This document shows positions 53,635 through 64,000 of a stretch of DNA of 64,000 bases, one piece after another. The position numbers were made by a program, and so were the translations under genes. The stretch comes from Lama glama (lineage: Eukaryota), in contig CM052816.1 of the NCBI GenBank assembly GCA_028534125.1, forward strand, positions 84,136,001-84,200,000, written 5' to 3'. The first letter of the stretch is position 1, and each line of letters begins with the position of its first letter. The notes beneath the pieces were generated by a model. It had not been told where the DNA came from, made no database searches, and was given only the letters and a program-made list of their open reading frames with translations.

Positions 53635-56600
53635 AGCACCGAGGCACTCTAGAGGGGTTCTAGAGGAACCTAGAGTATTAAGATGCGATTTAAGGATGAT
53701 AAGAGTATTAAGGATGAGTTTTCTGAATTGGTTCCAGGATTTCTGGAATTGACTCACTAATCTGATTAGATTTAAAGATGCTCATGAGTTTCTAGTAGGA
53801 AAGAGAGCACTGATAGTTCACATCATGATCTGGCAATAGAGGTAGCAAAATATCTGCATTGGATAATCCTAACCAAGCTATAAGAAGTAAGGAGTTGGGT
53901 GAGCATGCATATGATGCTTTGGAACATTTCTGGAAAACTAACGAATATAGTGGTTGCACTTAATATCACTGGACAAAGTGGTTTAAAAAAGATGAGCTCA
54001 GAGATTTTAATTTTCAAGTCAAGCACCATATAAATGACCTAAGAGCTTCTATGTGTGCCTTGAAGAAGACCTTTATCTGTAGTTGCAGGGCTAAAATTGC
54101 TGAAAATCAAACACAGTATTTGATCCTGAGAGTGGCTAAATTACAATGCAAACTGAACTCCCAGATTCACAGGATAGCTACTGTTAAAGGGAGGACAATG
54201 ATTGAGGAAGAATGGGACGCTGTAAGTCGGAGTGGGGACTTGTGGAAAAACCCTGATGAGGCCAGGGACATTGAGCCTCTAAATTCTGATGAGTCTTCTT
54301 TGCCAGTGGAAGCATCACTCTCAGTGTAAGAGGGCTCCCCATCCCCGTCAGAAGTGGTTTCCTCACTGGCCACCCTCTATCAGCCTCTTTACCTTCCTCT
54401 GAGGGGATTAACCCTGCACTGCCTGGAGAAACTCTAATGATCTCCTCTGAGGCAGTTACCATGGGAACACTATGCAGATTCTCCTCAGGACCCACCCCCA
54501 TTACCCCACTTTATTTGTAGACCTATAACTAGACTCAAGTCCCAGCAGGCCTCTAGGAAGGTGAGGTGCAGTGTGACTTGTGAAGAATTGCTCTATTCCC
54601 CAGAATAACTATTTGAATTTTCTAATATAGAGAGACAGAAATCCAGGGAACATGTCTGGGAATGACTGCTAGTGGTGTAGACTAACACTGGAAGGAACAC
54701 AAATTTGGATCAGTCTGAATTTGTTGATAGGGGCTCACTTAGCAGAGATTCTGCATTTAATGTTGCAGCTCTGGGAGTTAGGAGAACAATTTTTTTTGGT
54801 TGGTTGGCTGAAACATGGACCAAAAGCTGGTCCACAGTGAGCAAAGTAGAAGTTCCAGATCTGCCTTGCTTTAATGTAGAGGAAGGGATTCAAAGTCTTC
54901 GGGAGATTAGAATGTTAGAGTGGATTTGTCATTTAAGACCTACTCAATCACACTGGGGGTGTCCAGAAACATCTATTTCACCAATACTATGAGACATAAT
55001 CATATGAGGGGAGCAAGTCCCAGCATCCTTGAAGAGCTCTGTGATCATACTTCTCCATAGGCCAGACCTCACAGTGATAACTGCAGTTGCTGAACTGAGA
55101 AACCTAAATGCAGTAGCAGTAATTGCACCTTTGGGAGGCAGGGGCCACATACTGGTATTCAACCACCAAAGGCAGGGTGGGCGTGGTTCCCCACGATGGA
55201 AAAGCAGCAATTAAAATGGTCCCACTCTCACAGACCTGTGGCATTTAGTAGTTGACATGGTGTCTCAGAAAGTGAAATAGAAAGTCTACTATGTTATTAA
55301 TTGATCTGCATAAAATTTTCTAGGTCAGGTGAATAATAGTCTAATCTGAATCATAAAAACAGAGAGGTAAAGCCCCTTGGTCAATTCCCAGACTTGGGCC
55401 AGTTTTCAGATGCAGAACCCCTTAAATGAAGGGGAGGCTATGTCCCCTTGAATAAGGGTACCAGTAACTACCAAAATTTTATATTGCTAATATTTCTCCT
55501 GGCCTTCACCCCGGGGACTTACATCCCTTTACCAGTTGATCTGGGGAAGAGGAAATAATTAAAACTTTCATAAACTACTGGACTTGGGCTTTAAACTGAC
55601 ATTAATTCCAGGAGACCCAAACATCACTGTGGCCTGTCAGTCATAGTGGGGGCTTACGGAGGTGATCAATGGCGCTTTAGCTCAGGTCCATCTCACAGTG
55701 GGCCCTGTGATTCCCGAGACCTAGCCTGTGTGTGTGTGTGTGTGTTTCCCCTAGTTCCAGAATGCATGATTAAATAGATATACTCTGAATAGGCAAATAA
55801 GTGAGGATATTTGTGTCTCATGTGAATGCTCACCAAAGGTTTACCTCAGCAGAATAAGATTTTAATAATCAAGCAGATAGGATGACCTATTCTGTGGATA
55901 AGTCACCCCCTTTCCCCAGCCTCTTCTGTCATTGCCCAACATGCTTGTGAACAAAGTATCCAGGGCGGTAGGCATGGAGGTTTTGTATGGACTAAACAAC
56001 ATGGACTTCCATCTACTAAGGAAGACCGACCTACCTACAGCCACTGTTGAATGCCTAACCTGCCAGGGACAGAGACCACTGCTGAGGTCCTGAGATGGCA
56101 CTCTTCCCTAGATGATCAGTCTACTACCTGGTGGCAGGTTCCATCTTGGAAGAAACAGTATTTTGTCCTTATAAAAATAGACATTTACTCTGGAAATAAA
56201 TTTGCCTTCCCTGTACATATGCTTCTATCAAAACGACCATCAGTGAACTTACCGAATGTCTTATCCACTTTCATGGTATTCCACACAGCGTTGCTTCTGA
56301 TGAAGGAACTCATTTCATAGCAAAAGAAGTACAGCAATGGACCCATGCTCATGAAATTCACTGGCATTGCCATGTTCCACATCATCCAAAGTAGCTGGCT
56401 TGGCACAACAATGAAATGGGTTTTCAAGACTCAGTTAACAGTAGACAAGGTTATCTAAAAGGCTGCATGTGCCATGAATCAGTGAGTCAACGCATTGTTC
56501 TGTTTCTCCTGCAGGCAGGATTCGTGGGTTCAAGAATCAAGGAGTGGAAGTGGGCGAGGCATCACTCAATGTTATCTCTAGTGACCCACTCACAAAATTA

Positions 56601-57516
56601 TATTTCTTCTTGTTCCCCTGACTCTATACTTTGCTGGCCTAGTGGTCTCACTTCCAGTGGGAGAAGTGCTTCCACCAGGAAACACAACCACCGTTCCACT
56701 GAACTGGAAATTAAGATTGTCACTTGGCCACTTGGCCTTCCTCATGCTGCTGCATCATCAGGCAAAGAGAGGAGTTACTGTGCTGCATTGAGATGACTGA
56801 TCTTGACCACCAAGGGAAAATCGGACTACTACTGAACAAAGGCGGCCAGGAAGAATATGTCTGGAATATAGGATATCCCTAAGGGTGTTTCTTAGTATTA
56901 CAGTACCTTTTGATTAAGGTCAATGGAAATCTACACAAACACAGTCCAGTCAGGACTATTAATGGTTCAAACCCTTCAGGAATCAGGATTTGGGTAACCC
57001 CGTAAGATAAAGAAAAAACTCCATGATCAGCTGAGATGCTTGTTGAAGGCAAAACAAACAAAGAATGAACAGTGAAAGAAAGTATTTATAAATACCAGCC
57101 ATGACCATGAGACCAGTTACAGAAATAAGGACTGCGATTATCAGGAATATTTCCTTCGTAGTTTGTTATGAATATATTTGTGTGATGTGTGTGTAAATGA
57201 AATATCTTTGTTTTCTTTCCTCTTACACCCACTTATGCCATAACACAAGAGTTACTGACTTTAGTATTGGCTTTAATTGACTTTAATTTAATATTTTAAA
57301 TTTTACATCATAGTATTTAAGTGATGGGATCAAGGAGAAGAGAGACCCTCACTCAAGGACTTTATTTACACTTCTGGGGAAGGGAATAGTGCATTTTCAG
57401 TTGTACTTAGGATCATTATACCATGTTAGAATTATGACCTTGTCATTGTCTTTATCTGGAGATTAAGTATAGTTTTAGGAGCTGTGTATGCGTGACAAGT
57501 TAACAAGTAATGGACT
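53635..57516 (+). mobile_element. ERV-L internal region, deleted and decayed (gag, pro, partial RNaseH/IN, dUTPase)
   Basis: Leader ggttctagaggaac...tattaaggatg; gag peptides AENQTQYLILRVAKLQCKLNSQ and LDQSEFVDRGSLSRDSAFNV; protease LLD-like motif at about 55575; integrase IDIYSG at about 56180; dUTPase-like region 56600-56880. Confidence 0.92.
56600..56880 (+). pseudogene. ERV-L dUTPase remnant
   Basis: EVLPPGNTTTVPLNWKLRLSLGHLAFLM and DLDHQGKIGLLL lie downstream of integrase, the ERV-L arrangement. Confidence 0.75.
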
Positions 57517-58041
57517 TGTGATGATTAATTTCATGTGTGAACTCCCAGATATTTGGCAAAACTTTATTTCTGGGTGTGTCTGTGAGATGTGTCTGGATGA
57601 GATTTGCATCTGAATTGGTGAACTCACTAAAGCAGACTTTCCTAATGTGGGTTGGCAGCATCCAGTTCACTGAGGGCCTGAAGGAACAAAATGAGGAGGG
57701 AGGGAGAATGTGCCCTTTCTTCTGCCTGCCTGGTTGAGCTGGGTGTCAGTCTTCTACCTTCAGAAGGAATTTACCTGATGGGCTCCCCTGATTCTCAGGC
57801 CTTAAGACTTGGACTGAATTACACCACTGGCTGTCCTTAGTTTCCAGCTTGTAGAGAACAGAATGTAGGACTTCTCAGCCTTCATTATCATATGAACCAA
57901 TTCTTCATAATCTCTTCATATACAGAGACAGATAAATACAGATATACATATAGATAGACACCTATCTAAATCGGTACCTATATATAGATATAAATATATC
58001 GCCTATTGGTTCTGTTTTTCTGGAGAACCCTGATTAATACA
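57517..58041 (+). mobile_element. MLT2 (ERV-L) 3' LTR
   Basis: Starts tgtgatgattaatttcatgtgt after a PPT remnant (tggact), contains a TA-rich tract, and ends cctattggttctgtttttctggagaaccctgattaataca. Confidence 0.92.
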
Positions 58042-58067
58042 CTAACTGAAGTACATGATACAATGAC

Positions 58068-58165
58068 TTTCTAGGACCCTTTCTCAAACTTTTGATTCAG
58101 AGTATATAGTGGAGGCCAGGAATACACATTTTAAAAAAGTGTCCAAGATAATTTTTATAACCAGT
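58068..58165. mobile_element. MER5-like hAT fragment
   Basis: tgattcagagtatatagtggaggccaggaatacacattttaaaaaag. Confidence 0.5.
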
Positions 58166-59529
58166 GTTTATCCCAGTTCAGAACTGAAAATAAAAACAAA
58201 TAGGTGAAACTATCAGGTTCAGTTGTCAGAAAGTACTGGGTGAAATTCCACTTACTAGATACTCAAATATGGAGGCGACACTAGATCTCTTTCTCCATAA
58301 TGTGGAGGAAAGTATGCCTATTTCCTAGGATTATTACAACAATTAAAAGAGAAAAAATGTTCACTGAGGATGTAATATTTGTGATATGTTTTTGTGTAAC
58401 ATAGAAATCTTTCTCTATACATATCTTTATCTCTATCATCCATATATCTATTTATCTATGTTAGCCTTTTCTAACCGTAAATGTCCTAATGTTAATATGA
58501 CTGACTTAAAGAAGGAAATGTTAGAATTTCATATAATTGGGAGTGAGTAAAGGCTTGATCACAAAATTAATGAATCATACTTTTTGTTTCTTTTTATAAG
58601 CAAAGAAAAACTTACTGATAAATCTTCAAAAAAGATGACAGAAATTAGCCTTAATTCCCAACTCAGATGTAAAATTGTTAACATTTTGGATTCAAACAAA
58701 AATTTTTTTGCATGAATCCATATGTGTTTATTCACACTAATTTCTAAATTTTTATTCTTGCCAAAGAGTTAGGAAATTTCCACAGCATCATTGAGTAAAT
58801 AATTTTTGCTTTCCCATTAGTTATAATGCCTTTTATAATATGGATTAAGTACTTACAAACTCTAAAGCTTATTTATGTGTGTGCATATATGATTATATAC
58901 ATTTATACATTAATTATAGTCTAATTCACATAACATATATGTCATATCCGATAAAATATACAGACAAGACTCTTGCTTTATCTGAAAGAAATGTTGGGTA
59001 TGTTAAAAGTTAAATGTACTGGAAAATACTAAATATATTTGCTATATCAACACCAATCAAAAAGAGAAATCTCCATAAATTTAAAATACTTAATATTTTT
59101 GGGAAAAATGATTTCAGCCATCATGTAACTGAAAGCATTATTGTTCATATTCTTATTCTAAGATGCAAGTAGCCTTGGCGGTGGGGGAGACTTTTATTAG
59201 CATATTGCAGTACCAGCTGCAATTAAAAAAAAATACATACACATACAATTACTTGGCATTTCTTTATTTTCTGTACCCATTTTCAAGCTCGGAAGATATA
59301 TTGCCCTTGAGGGACATAGAATCAAATAAGTGATTATTTGACAAAAGCTTATCTCTGATTCTCTGCCTCTTCTGTGATGAACTTTGTTCTCTTTATTTTT
59401 CTCTTGAACCTACAATGAGCAATAATTGTTCAGTATCTTGTATTTTTTATTTTGAGGTGGGTACGTCCTGAGTACTGGCCAGACGAGGAGAGATAGGTCA
59501 TGATCAAGTCCTCTTAATTGCTCATTACT

Positions 59530-59885
59530 CATCCATTAACTAGGTTCGACCAAAATTTAGTCAGGCTTTTCTCCCCACAGGTACCTAGACTTAAAATTGT
59601 CCCTAAGCTCAAACAAAACCTAAGGTGTGGAACACTTACAGCTCACCTGAGAATAAGCTGATTCCAGGGGAAGAAAATGCTGTTAAATAGCCCTAATAAT
59701 GCCATCTGTTCACCCTCACTTGCTACAAAGTGTCCTGACAAAGTTCCTGCTAGCTCTGCTCATCCCTCCTCATGCAAGTAAAGTCTTTTAGTTTGATTTT
59801 GAGACAACAGATCTTGCAGTCAGAGCATTCTTATTGCAATAGTCTCTTTGAATATCTTAAATTCATACTTATTATTTAGTTGACA
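59530..59885 (+). mobile_element. ERV1 solo LTR (MER110/MER31-like)
   Basis: gaccaaaatttagtcaggctt near the 5' end, ttgcaatagtctctttgaata near the 3' end, terminal ...ttgaca. Homologous to 17150-17395. Confidence 0.65.
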
Positions 59886-60164
59886 GCAATAAACTCAACT
59901 TTAAGAGAAAAAAAAACATATCCTAAAAATAGTTACAGATTTGGGTAGGCTGAGAAGAAACTTCACAGAAGGATAAGGTAGATGATAGATAATAGATACA
60001 GATATTGATGTATCTATTTTTTTGAGAGAGGGAGAGAAGGGAGAGGGAGGCAGGAAGTAGAGAGAGAGAGATCTCAGGTGCCTAGATTCGAGTGGAGGGC
60101 TTACAAGAAAAGGAAACTTGAATGTTTCATAAGTAAATACTTATGTAGTTTTATGTTTTACATA

Positions 60165-60315
60165 TATTAATTAATTAAATGTTTGCAACAGCTTTATGCA
60201 ATATGGACTATTATTATTTTATCTTTTACACATGAGTAAAATCAGAAACAAACTTGCCCCAAGTCTCAATTTTGAAATGAAATGGAATTTGAAACTTAGC
60301 TGCCTGGCTTGCATG
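60165..60315 (-). mobile_element. MIR fragment
   Basis: ttattattttatcttttacacatgagtaaaatcaga...aacttgccccaagtctca. Confidence 0.65.
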
Positions 60316-61469
60316 ACATTCTCCACATCATTCTACTGGTGATTCAAAAAATGCAAGTCTGGATCATCAGAACATGGTGACTGATTATTTCTGAAATAGT
60401 ATATGTGAAAACGGAAGCTAATTATCAATTGAGTGCTTCGGAAACACTCTGTAAACTTCATTTCAAGAAAGTAAGGAGCTTTTATACTTGGATGCAGCTT
60501 TCACTTAAAAAGAGATGCACACTCATCTGGTATGATTATACAGTTTTCTTTGGTCAGTTCTTTTTGGGACAGAGTTGCTTTCTTACCACCATTCTAGACT
60601 TCTACATCATTGTATAATTGGTTATCACCACACTGATGGCGTATCTGTAAATTATTAATGAGCACATTCTAATTTGCTGGAGCACTAATTCTTTTGAAAT
60701 AAAAACAAAAAATGCTCGCTATAAAACTGATGCTTATGAAAGCTAACAATGTTGACAAGAGCAGATGTTTCCATCTCATTCCTAATCCTTTTATAAGTCA
60801 ATTCAACTGCTCCTGACTCCCCAAAATTCCAAAAATAATTAGTGAAAAAAACTGCTTGGAAAGGCATCCAACTTTGATAAAAATCATAATCTTTCTCTTC
60901 AGATAAATCTGACTAAGCTTGGATCTGAACAACAACTGGCAATCAGTGACACATTCTGTATTTTCATAACTTAAAATGATGTCAACCCTTTTTGTAACTA
61001 AATTTTAAAAATAGTAATTGAAAATAGCAGGCATTTATTTTTTACTATTCCTTTTGTAGGTTTTAGTTTAGAAAGTCAAATTAAAGTACTAAAAAATCAG
61101 CTCGTGTTTGCAATTCCTTCAATTTACATAAATAGTTACTTTTATCTTTAAGATAAATTCTTTAATATTTAAATCAACCTAATTTTACTCTTGACAAAAC
61201 TGCTTTCCTAGTTTAGCATTCCACCATGTTTCTCTCTGAGTAGTAGTAGGAGATCGTACCTTACACCTTATTTAACTGATCATGTTCAATTGAAAATCTT
61301 AATAGAATTGTAAAATTGGGAAAAATATCACATAAGACTTAGGAAAGCAACAACACAATCACCTAATAAGAGTGATAATACATTAAGAAAATTAAATGTT
61401 ATACCCTACAACATACTATTTCCTAAATCAACCCCCATATATGTATGTCTAAGAATTTAATTTAAAATT

Positions 61470-61915
61470 ATTTTTCATATTTTTAGTTTAAAAAAATTTG
61501 AAAAGTATATATCCTTCATTTATGTTCACTAATTTTTAACATCTTGCTATAGTTTGAATTTCTCAGTTTCTCACTCTCCTTCTTGTTCTCTCTTTTTCCC
61601 CATCATGAACCCTGACATTTGCAGAAATCCCAATACTTCATTGACTTTAGTATGTATCACTGAAGACCATATCATGTAATCATAAAACAACTATTGCACC
61701 AGAGATTTAACACTGATAATAATATTATCTAATATAAAATTCCTTTGCAAATTTGCCCCAACATATATTTTACAGCTATTTTTTTGTTTGTTTGTTTGTC
61801 TGTTGGCCTTTTCAACCTGGGACCCAATCAAAGATCAACACACGTTTAGTTATAATGTGAGTTAAGTCTCCTCTGTATCATCTGGGTCTTTCATGACACT
61901 GATAGTTTGGAAGAA
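61470..61915 (-). mobile_element. L1MC-like 3' end
   Basis: taatcataaaacaactattgcacc...aaatttgcccca...ggacccaatcaaagatca...gtctttcatgacactga. Confidence 0.65.
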
Positions 61916-62229
61916 TCCTGATTAGTGGATAGATTTCCCTTACCATCTTTGTCCTTAAAACACGTTGACATCTCCAGGTAATTTTACCACTTCATGCCTT
62001 AGAGAATTCTTGTTGGCCCATAAAATTGGTCTTTTTCAAAGAGTAGGAAGGAGCTAACATCTATTGATTGTGTGGAATTTACAATGTCATGCTTTTTTCC
62101 CAAAATTTTATTACTACTTATTTATGTGTGTGTATATATGATTTATATGTATATACATATATGCAATTTTGTTTGTATATATGCACACACATATAGTATC
62201 ACATACACATGTATGTATGATTTTTCACA

Positions 62230-62395
62230 AATGTTGAGCTGTATTACTTCTTTTAGCACCAATTATATTATCACCATTTTGTTATGAGATAAATCATGCT
62301 TAGAGCTAAACATGTTATTCAAGACCACTTGTAAGTAGAAGTTGGGATTTTACCTCAGGCTCTTTCCATGGTAAGAGGATGCTTACTCACTGGAC
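62230..62395 (-). mobile_element. MIR fragment
   Basis: attatcaccattttgttatgagataaatcatgcttagag...caagaccac...gggattttacctcagg. Confidence 0.6.
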
Positions 62396-64000
62396 AACAT
62401 GTTGACAGATCAAATCTATAAAGTGTCATTTCTGTTATTAAATCAAGAGTTGTCAATTGGGGAGATATAAAATACCATGTGGTATTTGGGGCAACTGAAA
62501 GTTGGGGTGGGGGCGGGGTCCAAGGCTGGGATGTGTAGGCAGGCTTTTCTATTAAACAAATCCTGCTCAGGAAAACTCTGCCATCAATATTCCATTCAAG
62601 AAAGATGGATTGTGTTCACTCTTTTCAGGTTGATAACAGTAAATGGCATCACTTAATTGTTGTAAGTTAATGGTCTCACTTCTGTAATGACTACAATTGA
62701 ATTGTGCAAGTTAGAAGTATCTCAGCATTTAAAGTAGGTGTGTTCCTTATTTTTTGAAGACTAAAATAGCTCTAATTATGAAAATGTCGGGTTTTCTAAG
62801 ACAAAAAAGCACCACTCTTGGTAAATATTATGACATTATTACTTTAGATATTTACTTTCTTTTTAAAACGTATTTGTTATCTTGCTCAAAAAGATAAAAA
62901 CTGTTTTAATTTCCTATAGAAAAACTGCTAAGAAATCGTATAATTTCCTGGCTCTCAGTTGTATTTGTGACTAACAATAACCTGATTGCTTGTTAAAATT
63001 CTAATCCCTGGGAATCTCGTCAAAGATGCTCCTTTGGTTGTTCGAAGGTCTGGGAATTTCAGTTTTAAGAAGCACAGCAGGATAGTCTAACGCTCAAGCA
63101 TTGTCTGAAAACAACTGCTCTGGTACCGCACAAAGAGGAGCTGTTGTTCCCTGTCCTCGGTGTATAATTTGGCAGTTACTTCCCTATTCTCCATGCTCTT
63201 CACCATCCTTTGCTCCATCTGTGTAACTAAACTCTGTCCCTGGTCACCAGGTGAAACTTCATAATGAAATGCTGTTCCTACTGTGTAGGTTAAAAGTGAA
63301 TAAATACAGAGCAAAAATTATTTCTCTTTGAATTCCCATTTTCCCCCCACATAGCACAACCATAAATAACTGTATGACTATGTAAGACCACTGCATTGCT
63401 GAAGGTTAGGTAATGGGAATTACACCATTTTCATGAAGACCTAATTTGACTAACTTTTACAGCAAGAATAGAGGGAAAACAAACAAACAAACAAACAACA
63501 ACAATAGAAAAAAAAAATACTCATCTTTCACCAGGAGGTCACTCAATGAATTTATTCAGTGTCAAACCTTTATCCCTGTCCTTAGTACCACCATCTCAGA
63601 GGAGAATAATTCTTTCAAGATCTGAAATACGTCTACTTTTTCCTCAAGTCCCTAAATAGAACTAGCTTTGCTTTTGTCTGCGTTTTTATGTCTCATTAGT
63701 GATTTCAGAAAATAAGTGAAGACAGCAAGGTGGCATGGATCAAAGGATACAGAGTCAAACACCTTGATCAAAGCTCTATTACAGAGAAAGGCAGAGCTGG
63801 ATTTTGAGCTCAAGCCGTCTGCCTTCCAAGGGTGCTTCCTGAAAGAAAACAGGTGCACTTCCTTCAGGATCAGCCATTCCAGTCCCACCAGGAAGGAAAT
63901 AATATGGCACTCTTAATCTCACTGGCAAGCATATGTTTCTACATTCTCATTTCTCTGTGAACACCAGGACTCGTTACCCTTTGTGGTCCTATATTTGCAC

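Noticed and set aside
44385..60146. Short palindromes (ttcaagtt-tctag-aacttgaa near 44386, tgcaccatggtgca near 46413, cataagta-aa-tacttatg near 60128)
   Set aside because: Arms of 7-9 bp are compatible with chance and have no supporting context.
1..64000. Listed six-frame ORFs as host genes
   Set aside because: All are 126 aa or shorter apart from the gap artefacts. Many have AT-biased composition or non-ATG starts, and the recognisable ones are broken L1/ERV pieces.
1..64000. CRISPR array, prokaryotic or organellar (NUMT) insert, or non-retroviral viral insert
   Set aside because: No regularly spaced repeats, gene-dense segment or recognisable peptides were seen by eye. A tBLASTn search would be needed to exclude highly decayed inserts.

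Overview
AT-rich, CpG-poor mammalian genomic DNA, most likely camelid (alpaca/camel), judged from two vic-1-like tRNA-derived SINEs and a camelid-type L1 3' end. I recognise no intact protein-coding gene, RNA gene or CpG-island promoter, so the window reads as intergenic or deep-intronic. The listed ORFs are chance ORFs or decayed retroelement fragments. Content: a degraded class I ERV (integrase and env remnants, about 10.8-15.1 kb), a deleted ERV-L with gag/pro/IN/dUTPase remnants and an MLT2 3' LTR (53.6-58.0 kb), solo LTRs, MaLR LTRs, many L1/L2/MIR fragments, MER58 and Tigger2 DNA transposons, microsatellites and a 500-N gap. The best observations are mutational footprints: a composite templated duplication at 37.2-37.7 kb (inverted 353 bp plus direct 147 bp copies of nearby DNA), a template-switch micro-inversion with a perfect 26-bp inverted repeat, a candidate L1 3' transduction with a 12-bp TSD, a twin-primed L1, and a well-preserved solo LTR with a 5-bp TSD. 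I found no convincing new biological system. Repeat family names are from recalled consensus sequences, not a database search, and most boundaries are approximate.
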